DNA from: an uncultured Christensenella sp.
GTDB taxonomy: Bacteria > Bacillota > Clostridia > Christensenellales > DTU072
DNA length: 64,000 nucleotides
Assembly (NCBI GenBank): GCA_964418255.1
Contig: CAYQKV010000004.1
Span: 95,944 to 159,943, forward strand
Reading direction: 5' to 3'
The translations under genes were made by a program, and so were the position numbers. This document shows positions 8,944 through 16,901 of the stretch, piece by piece. The notes under the pieces were generated by a model. It saw only the letters and a program-made list of their open reading frames with translations, made no database searches and was not told the origin of the DNA. Each line of letters starts with the position of its first letter. Position 1 is the stretch's first letter.

Positions 8944-8990
8944 GACGACGATTCGCTTACGAAAAAAATCAACGCAATCTCTCCACTCCG
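8944..8990 (+). repeat. 45-nt intergenic motif, copy B
   Basis: gacgacgattcgcttacgaaaaaaatcaacgcaatctctccactccg, located 20 nt after the permease stop. Confidence 0.85.
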
Positions 8991-9002
8991 ACTTTTATTA
9001 TA

Positions 9003-9031
9003 TTTACAAACACGCGCGTTTGTAGTATAAT
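9003..9031 (+). promoter_or_regulatory. Candidate sigma-A promoter
   Basis: TTTACA (9003-9008), 17-nt spacer, TATAAT (9026-9031), immediately upstream of the 9051/9066 ORF and ybaB-recR. Confidence 0.55.
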
Positions 9032-9065
9032 AAACGGGAAAAAACTGTAAATGAGGTGTATTGCC

Positions 9066-9554
9066 GTGCGTAAAATCGACTTAACCGAACGTTTATCGAA
9101 AAAGAACACGATTATCGCCGTCGTCTGCATAGTCGTATTTCTGATTATCGGCTTTGTTGCGGCGGTTGTCGGACATCGCGCTTATCTCGATTCCCGCGAA
9201 GCGGAAATAACAAATATTTCCTATTCTTCGAGCGCGAAACTCTTTATGCGCGCCGACGGGGTGACTCTGGTCTGTAAATATTCGTCTTCGGACGTTTCGG
9301 TCGCTCTTGACAAAGTTCTTTCTTTGTCCAAAGGCGCGAGTTTGTCCGTTGTCTCCGTGGTTGACGAAAACGGTTCGCCCGTTTCTCACAGCGGCGTTTC
9401 TTTCGACGTATCGGACGGACAGCGGTATTTCGTCATTCTCAACGTAAAATCTTTCGGCGGCGTTCACACCAACGGATACGTTCTCGAAATCGTCTCCGAA
9501 GAAGACTTCGACGTCAACGGCACTACTCCGTTTTCTTTCGGACCAATTTTATAA
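9066..9554 (+). CDS. Hypothetical membrane-anchored protein
   Basis: The ORF is open from 9051. The GTG at 9066 is preferred because GAGGTG lies 7 nt upstream. It has one N-terminal TM helix (IIAVVCIVVFLIIGFVAAVV). I recognise no family. Confidence 0.5.
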   Translation: MRKIDLTERLSKKNTIIAVVCIVVFLIIGFVAAVVGHRAYLDSREAEITNISYSSSAKLFMRADGVTLVCKYSSSDVSVALDKVLSLSKGASLSVVSVVDENGSPVSHSGVSFDVSDGQRYFVILNVKSFGGVHTNGYVLEIVSEEDFDVNGTTPFSFGPIL

Positions 9555-9589
9555 AAATCGCTCAAACACTATAAGCAAGGAGAAATATT

Positions 9590-9928
9590 ATGGCAAAATT
9601 CAACGGTTACGGCGGCGGAAATATGCAACAGATAATGCGCCAGGCGCAGAAAATGCAAGCCGACCTTAAAGCGGCGCAGGAAGAACTTGCCGACACCGAG
9701 GTGGTGGCTACCGCGGGCGGCGGAATGGTGGAAGTGGTTATGTCCTGCGACAGAAAAATAAGTTCCATCAAAATTGCGCCCGAAGCGGTCGACCCTGACG
9801 ACGTGGAGATGCTCGAAGATATGATTATGGCGGGCATTAACGAAGCGATGTCTCTGGTAGAACAGGAAAACGAGCGCATAATGGGACCCCTTACCGGCGG
9901 ACTCGGCGGTCTCGGAGGTCTTATATGA
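9590..9928 (+). CDS. ybaB: YbaB/EbfC-family nucleoid-associated protein
   Basis: 112 aa. The sequence MQQIMRQAQKMQADLKAAQEEL...GGGMVEVVMSCDRKISSIKI is characteristic of the family. It overlaps recR by 4 nt. Confidence 0.9.
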   Translation: MAKFNGYGGGNMQQIMRQAQKMQADLKAAQEELADTEVVATAGGGMVEVVMSCDRKISSIKIAPEAVDPDDVEMLEDMIMAGINEAMSLVEQENERIMGPLTGGLGGLGGLI

Positions 9929-10515
9929 TACAGTCGGAAAGCGTCAACAAACTGATTGCCGCTTTTCGCACCCTTCCCGGCGTCGGCACAAAAACCGCCG
10001 CGCGTTACGCCTACAAAATCATCGAAAGTTCGATAGAAGACGCGGAAGCGTTTGCCGAAGCGGTGTTAAACGCTAAGAAAAACGTTAAATTCTGTTCTGT
10101 TTGCGGCAATTTTACCGAAAACGAAGTTTGCGAATACTGCTCTACCCGTTCTCCGCGGGTTATCTGCGTTGTCGCTCAACCGAAGGACATCGACCCTATC
10201 GAAAAGACGGGGGCGTTCGACGGTTCGTACCACGTTCTTCACGGCGTTATCGACATACAGAAAGGGATAGACGCGGACAAAATCCGCATACGCGAGCTTA
10301 TTTCCCGTATTTCCGAGGGCAAAACCGAAGAAGTCATCGTCGCGACCAACCCCGACCTCGGCGGGGAACTTACGGGCGCGTACATTGCCGCGGCTCTCAA
10401 ACCCCTCGGGGTAAAGGTCACCCGCCTTGCTTACGGCATAAGCGTGGGCAGCGAAATAGAATACGCCGATTCCAACACGCTCCAACACGCTTTGAGCGAC
10501 AGAAAACCCATTTAA
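9925..10515 (+). CDS. recR: Recombination protein RecR
   Basis: A helix-hairpin-helix N-terminus (LPGVGTKTAARYAY), a C4 zinc finger (CSVCGNFTENEVCEYC) and a Toprim region (VIVATNPDLGGELT) are present. Confidence 0.95.
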   Translation: MIQSESVNKLIAAFRTLPGVGTKTAARYAYKIIESSIEDAEAFAEAVLNAKKNVKFCSVCGNFTENEVCEYCSTRSPRVICVVAQPKDIDPIEKTGAFDGSYHVLHGVIDIQKGIDADKIRIRELISRISEGKTEEVIVATNPDLGGELTGAYIAAALKPLGVKVTRLAYGISVGSEIEYADSNTLQHALSDRKPI

Positions 10516-10517
10516 TT

Positions 10518-10976
10518 TCAGCTATTCATTACCAAAAGGATAATATTCAATCCCGACATAAAACAATACCAAACGAGATTTACAAGCGCGCCCGTCCAAC
10601 CGAAACGGGTGCGTTTTGTCGTTATCGCCAGAATTACGCCCTGCGCCGCCGTCGCGAGCGCGATAAAAACCGTGGAAACAACGATTGATTTCAGGCGAAA
10701 CATCGCAAAAAACCACAACGCGGTAAAAATCATAAACAAAATCGGCGCAAAAAGCGTTTTTCTCATTCGTTTTTCGACGGCGAACTCTCCCACCGTAACC
10801 GCGGTAAGAATGTAGGAAAAGAGCCACCCCGCGGAAAACACTCCCCTGCTTAAATAGGGTTTCTCCATTCCGTTTATCCATTCGCTTTCCGCGATGCTCC
10901 AACCGTTTATCGCGCTCAGAATTATGACTGCCGTCAGACCGATACACAGTCCGACGGCGCGCATATACTTATTCAT
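10518..10976 (-). CDS. TspO/MBR-like tryptophan-rich membrane protein
   Basis: 152 aa with five hydrophobic segments. The MEKPYLSRGVFSAGWLFSYIL and WTGALVNLVWYCF stretches resemble TspO family motifs. This call comes from memory only. Confidence 0.5.
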   Translation of the reverse strand: MNKYMRAVGLCIGLTAVIILSAINGWSIAESEWINGMEKPYLSRGVFSAGWLFSYILTAVTVGEFAVEKRMRKTLFAPILFMIFTALWFFAMFRLKSIVVSTVFIALATAAQGVILAITTKRTRFGWTGALVNLVWYCFMSGLNIILLVMNS

Positions 10977-10982
10977 CTATAT

Positions 10983-12422
10983 TTACTCCGCTTCCGCAAA
11001 AGTGGTCGCTATTATCTTTTCTCCCGTCCATCCGTCCATAAGACCTTTTATGTCTCCCATAGTTTTTTCCGCAGCCGCAAGAAACGCGTTTCTTCCGCCT
11101 ATGCCGAACTTATTGTCTTCATAGTACTTTTTTAGGCAAGCGACGAATTTTTCTTCCCCGAAAAGTTCGTAGAAATTATCGAACATCATACACGCCTTGA
11201 AATACTCCACCATCGTATACTGATACTCGGTATATTCGTAAATAGGCTTATCCATTGCGAGGCTCGCGCCGGTTTTTCTGCGTTTTTGAAGTTTTTCATA
11301 GCACGCGTACGCCCTCTTCATAGCGTTGATTTCGCCTTTGAACTTTTCATCGTCCCCTTTCAGTCTGTAATAGTACGCCGCGGAAAACGTGGCGAGCCCT
11401 TCGTCCATATAACTTTCGTTTATACAGTCGTTGCCCACAACTCCGTACCACCACTGGTGCGCCGTTTCGTGCAACACCGCGTCCGTAAGGTCGCTGCAAA
11501 CTTCGGCTACGAGGGATATTCCGCTGTATTCCATTCCGTCGCACATAAAGGGGACTCTCGCCACCGTGTACGTGTCGTACGGGTACGCTCCGAACGCTTC
11601 GGAATAGGCGTTTATCGCGTTTACCGCCGTATCCAGGGTTTCTTGCGCGTTTTCGTCCTGTTTATAGAAGTAATATACGTTGACTTCCCCCGCTTTCGCG
11701 CTGAGCACGTTGTAATTCGCATTGCATACTATGGCAAAATCTCTTACGTTCTGCCCTTCCATTTTTATCGTCTGCCTTTCCCCGTTTTCGGTCGTCTCTC
11801 CGTTTTTAACCGAAGAACACACAACGAGGGATTTATCGCATTCGAAAGTTACGTTATAATCCGCGACGGAAGAAAACATCGGGTCGCCTATCGCGCAGAA
11901 TTTGTCGGTTCTAAAACACTCGCCGTCATAAACGGATAGCTGAGGGTAAAAACCCGAAAGCGTGTAGGCGCCGTCGCACCCCGACAACCGAAGCAAGCCT
12001 TGCGGGACGGTGGTTACGAAAGAAAACGTAAACGCAATCTCCTCTCCTTTTTTCAAAGCGGCGTGAGAAACCGTAAGATACTCCTTGTCTTCGCTTAGCG
12101 TAAATTCGGCTTTTTCCCCGTTTACGGTTACCGAACTCACTTCTATGCCGCCGTAAGACGCAAGTTCCGAAGTATAAGCGGGATTGACCGCGTCCTGCGC
12201 GTAAGCGTTGGGATACAGGTGAAAAACCGATTGTCCGAGACCGTCTACGTAAATATTTTTATAACGCACCGTCTCTTCGCCCGTAAGCGTGTTTTCGCTA
12301 AGCGAGAGTTTCATTTCATAGGACAGACAGTCGTCGTCCGTCGTTTTATCCGTGCACGCGGCGAGAAGAATTCCCGTCGAAACAAGCACCGCAACAGCAA
12401 AAATAATCAAATACTTCTTCAT
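10983..12422 (-). CDS. M1-family zinc metallopeptidase, predicted lipoprotein
   Basis: The HExxH-x18-E site reads VLHETAHQWWYGVVGNDCINESYMDEGLA. The lipobox is ILLAAC. Confidence 0.8.
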   Translation of the reverse strand: MKKYLIIFAVAVLVSTGILLAACTDKTTDDDCLSYEMKLSLSENTLTGEETVRYKNIYVDGLGQSVFHLYPNAYAQDAVNPAYTSELASYGGIEVSSVTVNGEKAEFTLSEDKEYLTVSHAALKKGEEIAFTFSFVTTVPQGLLRLSGCDGAYTLSGFYPQLSVYDGECFRTDKFCAIGDPMFSSVADYNVTFECDKSLVVCSSVKNGETTENGERQTIKMEGQNVRDFAIVCNANYNVLSAKAGEVNVYYFYKQDENAQETLDTAVNAINAYSEAFGAYPYDTYTVARVPFMCDGMEYSGISLVAEVCSDLTDAVLHETAHQWWYGVVGNDCINESYMDEGLATFSAAYYYRLKGDDEKFKGEINAMKRAYACYEKLQKRRKTGASLAMDKPIYEYTEYQYTMVEYFKACMMFDNFYELFGEEKFVACLKKYYEDNKFGIGGRNAFLAAAEKTMGDIKGLMDGWTGEKIIATTFAEAE

Positions 12423-12519
12423 ACACTAACCTCAGTTAATAATCCATATGCCGCGTTTGGAAAATTTATGCCGTTTACTAAAATTTTACAGCTTTCGGTT
12501 TTCTTAAAACTTTTTTCGC

Positions 12520-12632
12520 TTGACTTTCTTTTCCTCTTATTCTATAATGAAAACATAAATTAAATAGCTCATAATTTTCCCCCTTATCATAAAGGAAAGG
12601 GCTTCGGCGTTTTGTCGAAGTCCTTTTCTTAT
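12520..12632 (+). ncRNA. Candidate small RNA: an orphan promoter plus intrinsic terminator with no ORF between them
   Basis: TTGACT (12520-12525), 17-nt spacer, TATAAT (12543-12548). A 10-bp hairpin follows, aagggcttcg (12597-12606) / cgaagtcctt (12616-12625), then ttttctt. The stem contains a G-U pair on the plus strand that would be an A-C mismatch on the minus strand. Confidence 0.35.
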
Positions 12633-12675
12633 TATAATATATCGCGTAAAGCGCGCGGTAATCGGGGCGCTTTTT

Positions 12676-14307
12676 TTAACGTTTGAACTTTATCTGTCCG
12701 CTGAACATATCGTTCAGCTTTGCTCTGCTCTCCTGAGAAACGCCTTTTGCTTCCTGTTTTCTGCACACAAATCTGAGTTTCCCGTCCGATTCCCGACTTA
12801 TAATGTCGTTCATCGTTTTATTCGCTTCGGGTTTGTTGAGTCTTTCAAACGTCGCGTTGTCCGTGACCGTAAGCACGAATTCGCTCCCCGAAACGACGTA
12901 TCCGCCTTTTATTCCTTCGCAGGCAATCTGTAAAAGGAGTTCGTTCGACGCCGCCAGCCGTTCCTGCACTCTCGCCCAGATTTCCCGTCCCTTTTCGTCG
13001 GTCGTCTCAGTCTCGTCGAACAGAGGCGTTTCCGTCTCTTTCTCCACCGCCACCGTAGCCAAAAGTTCGGTTATGTCCGTTTTCTTTTTCTTTTCTTGTC
13101 TTCCCGCTGAACTTTCGACTTTTTCCGCGTTGTTGTTTGCCGTTACGGTCACTCCGTTTCTTTTAAGGTATTCGAGTTGTTCTTCGAGGTCTCTGATTCT
13201 GCCTTCGACTCCCTCCACGGTTGTTTCGGTTACGAGCGAGCACGCTTTTACTATGCTTGCTTCCATAAGTATACGCGGTTGAGACGCAAAGCGTAGTTGA
13301 TTTTCCACTCCCGCCATTATCTCCATAGCCCGTCCTATGCGGTAATCGGAATATCTCTCCGCTCTATCTGCAAGCGTCGCGTATTCTTCTTTCGTCATAG
13401 TTTTGGGGCGGTACCCCTGCACGTTTTTTATCGTAATCAGTTCGTTGAAATAGTTTGCCAAATCCCGCCCGAGAGTGGTTCTTCCCATTCTGAGCAATCT
13501 GTCCGCCCCCGAAAGCGCGTTGCCCGTATTTCCGTCGAGAATTGCCCCGGCAAGTTCGTCAAGCTCGTTAAAATCGGTGGCGCACAGTACTTCGAGCGCG
13601 TCTTCGTAGGTTATTTTTCCGCCGCAATAGGACATACACATATCCGCCGCGCTCAGGGTGTCTCTTACGCTTCCCTCGCCGCTTACCGCGATTTTGAGCA
13701 AGGCGCGTTCGTCGTATTCCACGCCTAATTTGTCAAAAATCTTTTTGAGAAGTCCGACGAGTTCTTCCGTCTCCACGAGTCGGAAATCGAACCTTATACA
13801 TCTTGAAAGAATGGTCTGCGGGATTTTCTGAACTTCTGTGGTCGCAAGGATGAAAATTATATGCTCGGGCGGTTCTTCGAGTGTTTTCAAAAACGCGTTG
13901 AACGCGGACGCGCTGAGCATATGGACTTCGTCTATAATATAGACCTTATAGCGCCCCACCGTCGGGCGGTACATTACGTTTTCTTTAATCGTTCTTATTT
14001 CGTCCACGCCGTTGTTGCTTGCCGCGTCGATTTCGATAACGTCTACTCCCGTATTTTCCGCAAGGGTTCTGCAAACCTCGCATTCGTTGCACGGAGAGCC
14101 GTTTTTCGGCGAGAGGCAATTCACCGCTTTCGCAAAAATTTTCGCGCAGGAAGTCTTGCCCGTTCCTCTCGTGCCCGTGAAAAGGTACGCGTGCCTTACC
14201 GCGTCGGACTTAATCTGATTTGTAAGCGTTCTTACTATATGGTTTTGTCCGATAACTTCGTCGAACGTTTTCGGTCTGAATCTTCTGTAAATCGAGGTGT
14301 ATTCCAT
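12676..14307 (-). CDS. dnaX: DNA polymerase III subunit gamma/tau
   Basis: The N-terminus MEYTSIYRRFRPKTFDEVIGQ matches the conserved DnaX start. Walker A GTRGTGKTS, a zinc module CLSPKNGSPCNECEVC and the motif SRC are present. The start is set at codon 19 of the tracked ORF. Confidence 0.9.
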   Translation of the reverse strand: MEYTSIYRRFRPKTFDEVIGQNHIVRTLTNQIKSDAVRHAYLFTGTRGTGKTSCAKIFAKAVNCLSPKNGSPCNECEVCRTLAENTGVDVIEIDAASNNGVDEIRTIKENVMYRPTVGRYKVYIIDEVHMLSASAFNAFLKTLEEPPEHIIFILATTEVQKIPQTILSRCIRFDFRLVETEELVGLLKKIFDKLGVEYDERALLKIAVSGEGSVRDTLSAADMCMSYCGGKITYEDALEVLCATDFNELDELAGAILDGNTGNALSGADRLLRMGRTTLGRDLANYFNELITIKNVQGYRPKTMTKEEYATLADRAERYSDYRIGRAMEIMAGVENQLRFASQPRILMEASIVKACSLVTETTVEGVEGRIRDLEEQLEYLKRNGVTVTANNNAEKVESSAGRQEKKKKTDITELLATVAVEKETETPLFDETETTDEKGREIWARVQERLAASNELLLQIACEGIKGGYVVSGSEFVLTVTDNATFERLNKPEANKTMNDIISRESDGKLRFVCRKQEAKGVSQESRAKLNDMFSGQIKFKR

Positions 14308-14314
14308 AGATATT

Positions 14315-14343
14315 AGTATAACCCAAATTCCCTGCGAATGCAA
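14315..14343 (-). promoter_or_regulatory. Candidate dnaX promoter that implies a leaderless or near-leaderless mRNA
   Basis: On the minus strand: TTGCAT (14338-14343), 17-nt spacer, TATACT (14315-14320). Only 7 nt separate the -10 element from the ATG at 14307. Confidence 0.5.
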
Positions 14344-14484
14344 CGCATAATTTCCCCGCATATGGCAAAAATTCCAAATAACGAATAAGGAATGGACATA
14401 TCGCGTTTTCCGCCTGCGCTTGTCGTTTCAAAAAACGCAATATCCCCGCTTCGACTACTGTAAAAACTTTTTTAGGAGGTAATT

Positions 14485-14640
14485 ATGGATACGAACAAAG
14501 AAAAAGTCAAACCCGACAAAGAAAAAGCGACCCGCCCGTCGGTTTACCGCTGCGCTTCGTGCGGCGTAACGATGCAATGTAACGGCACGCCGAAAGTTTG
14601 TCCGAAGTGCGACAACGAAAAATTTTATTTAGTGAAGTAA
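14485..14640 (+). CDS. Small zinc-ribbon protein (51 aa), absent from the ORF track
   Basis: AGGAGG lies 6 nt upstream of the ATG. Translation: MDTNKEKVKPDKEKATRPSVYRCASCGVTMQCNGTPKVCPKCDNEKFYLVK, with CxxC-x12-CxxC. A terminator hairpin follows. Confidence 0.55.
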   Translation: MDTNKEKVKPDKEKATRPSVYRCASCGVTMQCNGTPKVCPKCDNEKFYLVK

Positions 14641-14680
14641 AAGGAACCGATATATCGCATTTATTTACGCCTGTAAAACG

Positions 14681-14716
14681 AAAAGAAACATATTTCATAA
14701 ATATGTTTCTTTTCTT
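14681..14716. terminator. Bidirectional intrinsic terminator between the zinc-ribbon ORF and the histidine kinase gene
   Basis: Perfect 11-bp stem gaaacatattt (14685-14695) / aaatatgtttc (14699-14709), flanked by an A-run and a T-run. Confidence 0.75.
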
Positions 14717-14743
14717 AATAAATCGGTAATATTGAAAATAACA

Positions 14744-15952
14744 TCAGTTCGCTTCCTTAAAAACCGCGATAAACTCGGTATAGCTTCCTTCCTTGCTGTC
14801 CACGCCTATCGTTCCGTTATTTGCGTCGGTAATCGCTTTTGCTATGGAAAGTCCGAGTCCGAAACTGCCGCTTCCGGTGTGCGACTCGTCGCATCTGTAA
14901 AATCTGTCGAAGAGTTTGGGCATTCTTTCTCGCGGTATGCCTTCGCCCGTATTGCGCACTTTAAGCACTGCTTTATGTTTCTCGGAAGCGAGGGTTACGG
15001 TTATTTTTCCGTTGGGTTCGGTATATTTAAGCGCGTTGTCTATGAAAATATAGACGAGTTTTTCCATATCGTCTCTTCTTGCCGTAATGCTTATTCCCGG
15101 CGCGACGGAAGAATCGGTTTCTATATTCCTTTCGAACGCGAGCACCTCGGTTTCCAGCACGACGCTTTCTACAATCGTCGACAAATCGACTTTGGTAAAA
15201 TCTTTTTCTCTGACCGCTTCGAACCGCGCGAGCAACAACATTTCGTTTATCATCGCGCTCATTCTGTTTACCTGCGTTCCTATTCCCGAAAGCCATTTTT
15301 TCTGTTCTTCACCCAGTCCTTCGGAAGCGGTGAGAATGGAAAGGTTTGTATTTATTATCGTAAGGGGGGTTTTGAGTTCGTGAGAGGCGTTTGCGACGAG
15401 TTCTTTCTGTTTCTCGAAGGTTTCCTCTATCGGCGCGAGATTTCTCGTCGTAAACCTCATTACGAAAAACGCGACCACCGCCATAACCGCTACGCAGGTG
15501 ATGAGCATAGTGAGAAGGGACACGATAAACGAGTCGTACTCTCCCGTATAGTCGTAGACGTAAACGGTATAATACGCGTCCCCGCCGTTTTCTATGACGG
15601 AATACGCGATATAACTCCCGTTTATAACGGTTTTTTCGCTTCCCTCTGTCGCCACGGCGAGCAGTCTTACCACGGTTTCCTCGTCGTAAAAGGACGGGTC
15701 GGAAAGTTTACGCTTTCCGTCGGAATAAACCCTTATTATGAGCGTATTTCGCGCTTCCACGCGTTCGAGTTCGGAATTAAACGGTTCGGAAAAATAGTCT
15801 CCCGCTTTTTCAAGCGCGGAAAGTCGTTTATCCACGGTATTTATCATTCGTTCGTAGTTGTAAACGCAACTGAACGCGAAAACCGCAAGCAGAACCAAAG
15901 CTATTACGGCAATCTGATACAGCGCCGTCCGCCTGCGTAATTTCCGAAACAT
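14744..15952 (-). CDS. Sensor histidine kinase (two TM segments, HisKA, HATPase_c)
   Basis: H-box ASHELKTPLT, N-box IDNALKYT and G-boxes NTGEGI / GLGLSIAK are present. The start overlaps the stop of the response regulator gene. Confidence 0.9.
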   Translation of the reverse strand: MFRKLRRRTALYQIAVIALVLLAVFAFSCVYNYERMINTVDKRLSALEKAGDYFSEPFNSELERVEARNTLIIRVYSDGKRKLSDPSFYDEETVVRLLAVATEGSEKTVINGSYIAYSVIENGGDAYYTVYVYDYTGEYDSFIVSLLTMLITCVAVMAVVAFFVMRFTTRNLAPIEETFEKQKELVANASHELKTPLTIINTNLSILTASEGLGEEQKKWLSGIGTQVNRMSAMINEMLLLARFEAVREKDFTKVDLSTIVESVVLETEVLAFERNIETDSSVAPGISITARRDDMEKLVYIFIDNALKYTEPNGKITVTLASEKHKAVLKVRNTGEGIPRERMPKLFDRFYRCDESHTGSGSFGLGLSIAKAITDANNGTIGVDSKEGSYTEFIAVFKEAN

Positions 15953-16623
15953 TAACCCTCCAATTTATAACCCACTCCGCGCACCGTGCTGATAGTCACT
16001 TTTGAAGACAAAAACGCAAGTTTTTTGCGCAAAAACGATATATAAACCTCTATATTGTTATATTCCACGTCGGAATCGTATCCCCACAGTTTAATTATAA
16101 GCTCGTCTTTCGTCACCACGAAATTCGGGCGGGATAAAAAGTACTGCATTATTTCGCTTTCTTTAAGGGATACTTTTATCTTTTTTTCGCCGCAGTACAT
16201 TTCGAAATTAGACACGTTCAACGTCAAATCTCCGAAACTCTTCTCGTTTGTGATTATCGTTTCGGTTTTTCTTCTCAAAAGCGCTCTTATTCTCGCGAGC
16301 AATTCGCCCGTGGAAAACGGTTTCGCAAGATAGTCGTCCGCTCCCATATCCAGTCCCTTGACTTTGTCGCTCGTCTGGTTGCGCGCGGTGAGAAGGAGTA
16401 CGGGCGTAGCGATTTTTTCTTCTCTCAGTTTCGCAAGCACGTCGTAGCCGTTCATTTTCGGCAACATTATATCGAGCAGAATTACGTCGTATCTTCCGCT
16501 CATTCCGTGTTCCAATCCGCTTGCTCCGTCGTAAACCGCGTCCACGCTGTATTTTTCTTTTTTCAGTATGTGCGTAAGCGCGTCGGATAAATTCTTTTCG
16601 TCTTCAACAAGCAAAATGTTCAT
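15952..16623 (-). CDS. OmpR-family response regulator
   Basis: The receiver domain reads MNILLVEDE...VILLDIMLP. The winged-helix C-terminus reads ...ISTVRGVGYKLE. Confidence 0.9.
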   Translation of the reverse strand: MNILLVEDEKNLSDALTHILKKEKYSVDAVYDGASGLEHGMSGRYDVILLDIMLPKMNGYDVLAKLREEKIATPVLLLTARNQTSDKVKGLDMGADDYLAKPFSTGELLARIRALLRRKTETIITNEKSFGDLTLNVSNFEMYCGEKKIKVSLKESEIMQYFLSRPNFVVTKDELIIKLWGYDSDVEYNNIEVYISFLRKKLAFLSSKVTISTVRGVGYKLEG

Positions 16624-16795
16624 CTTCGTACCTCTTTCATTATCAGTATGTCTTTCGAAACGTCGAAAAAATAAAATTTCTCGTCTCTTCCCTATTAGGC
16701 TACCCTAAAATTCTTAACTTATCTTTAATTTTTCGGTTAAGACCATTTTAAGCGGGTAATTTTATACTGTTTTCATCCTGATAAATAAGTTTTCG

Positions 16796-16892
16796 AAAAA
16801 TCTCCCTCGCATACACTTTGCGAGCGGAGATTTTTCCTTTTCCCTTACAAAATTTTTCCGTTCCGCGCCGAACTTTCGGCGCGGAACGTTTT
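16796..16892 (-). terminator. Two tandem hairpin terminators after the 3972-aa gene
   Basis: The first hairpin is cgttccgcgccgaa / ttcggcgcggaacg (16859-16888). The second is tctccctcgc / gcgagcggaga (16801-16830), flanked by aaaaa and ttttt. Confidence 0.65.
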
Positions 16893-16901
16893 ACCCGAAA
16901 T

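Noticed and set aside
14308-14484. A search for the SRP (4.5S/scRNA) gene that commonly precedes dnaX in Firmicutes.
   Set aside because: The conserved domain-IV sequence (..GGAAGGAAGCAGCC.. type) is absent on either strand, here and in 12423-12675.
14732-15940. A 402-aa plus-strand ORF almost exactly mirroring the histidine kinase gene. Similar long antisense ORFs lie at 268-1548, 16818-18137, 19737-21608, 26007-27446, 27645-28730, 36019-36870 and 44308-46104.
   Set aside because: All lie antisense to genes with clear family motifs. They are extremely Arg/Val/Phe-rich with no motifs and no RBS. The NCG-rich codon usage of the sense genes produces CGN (Arg) codons and few stops on the opposite strand. 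They are composition artefacts.
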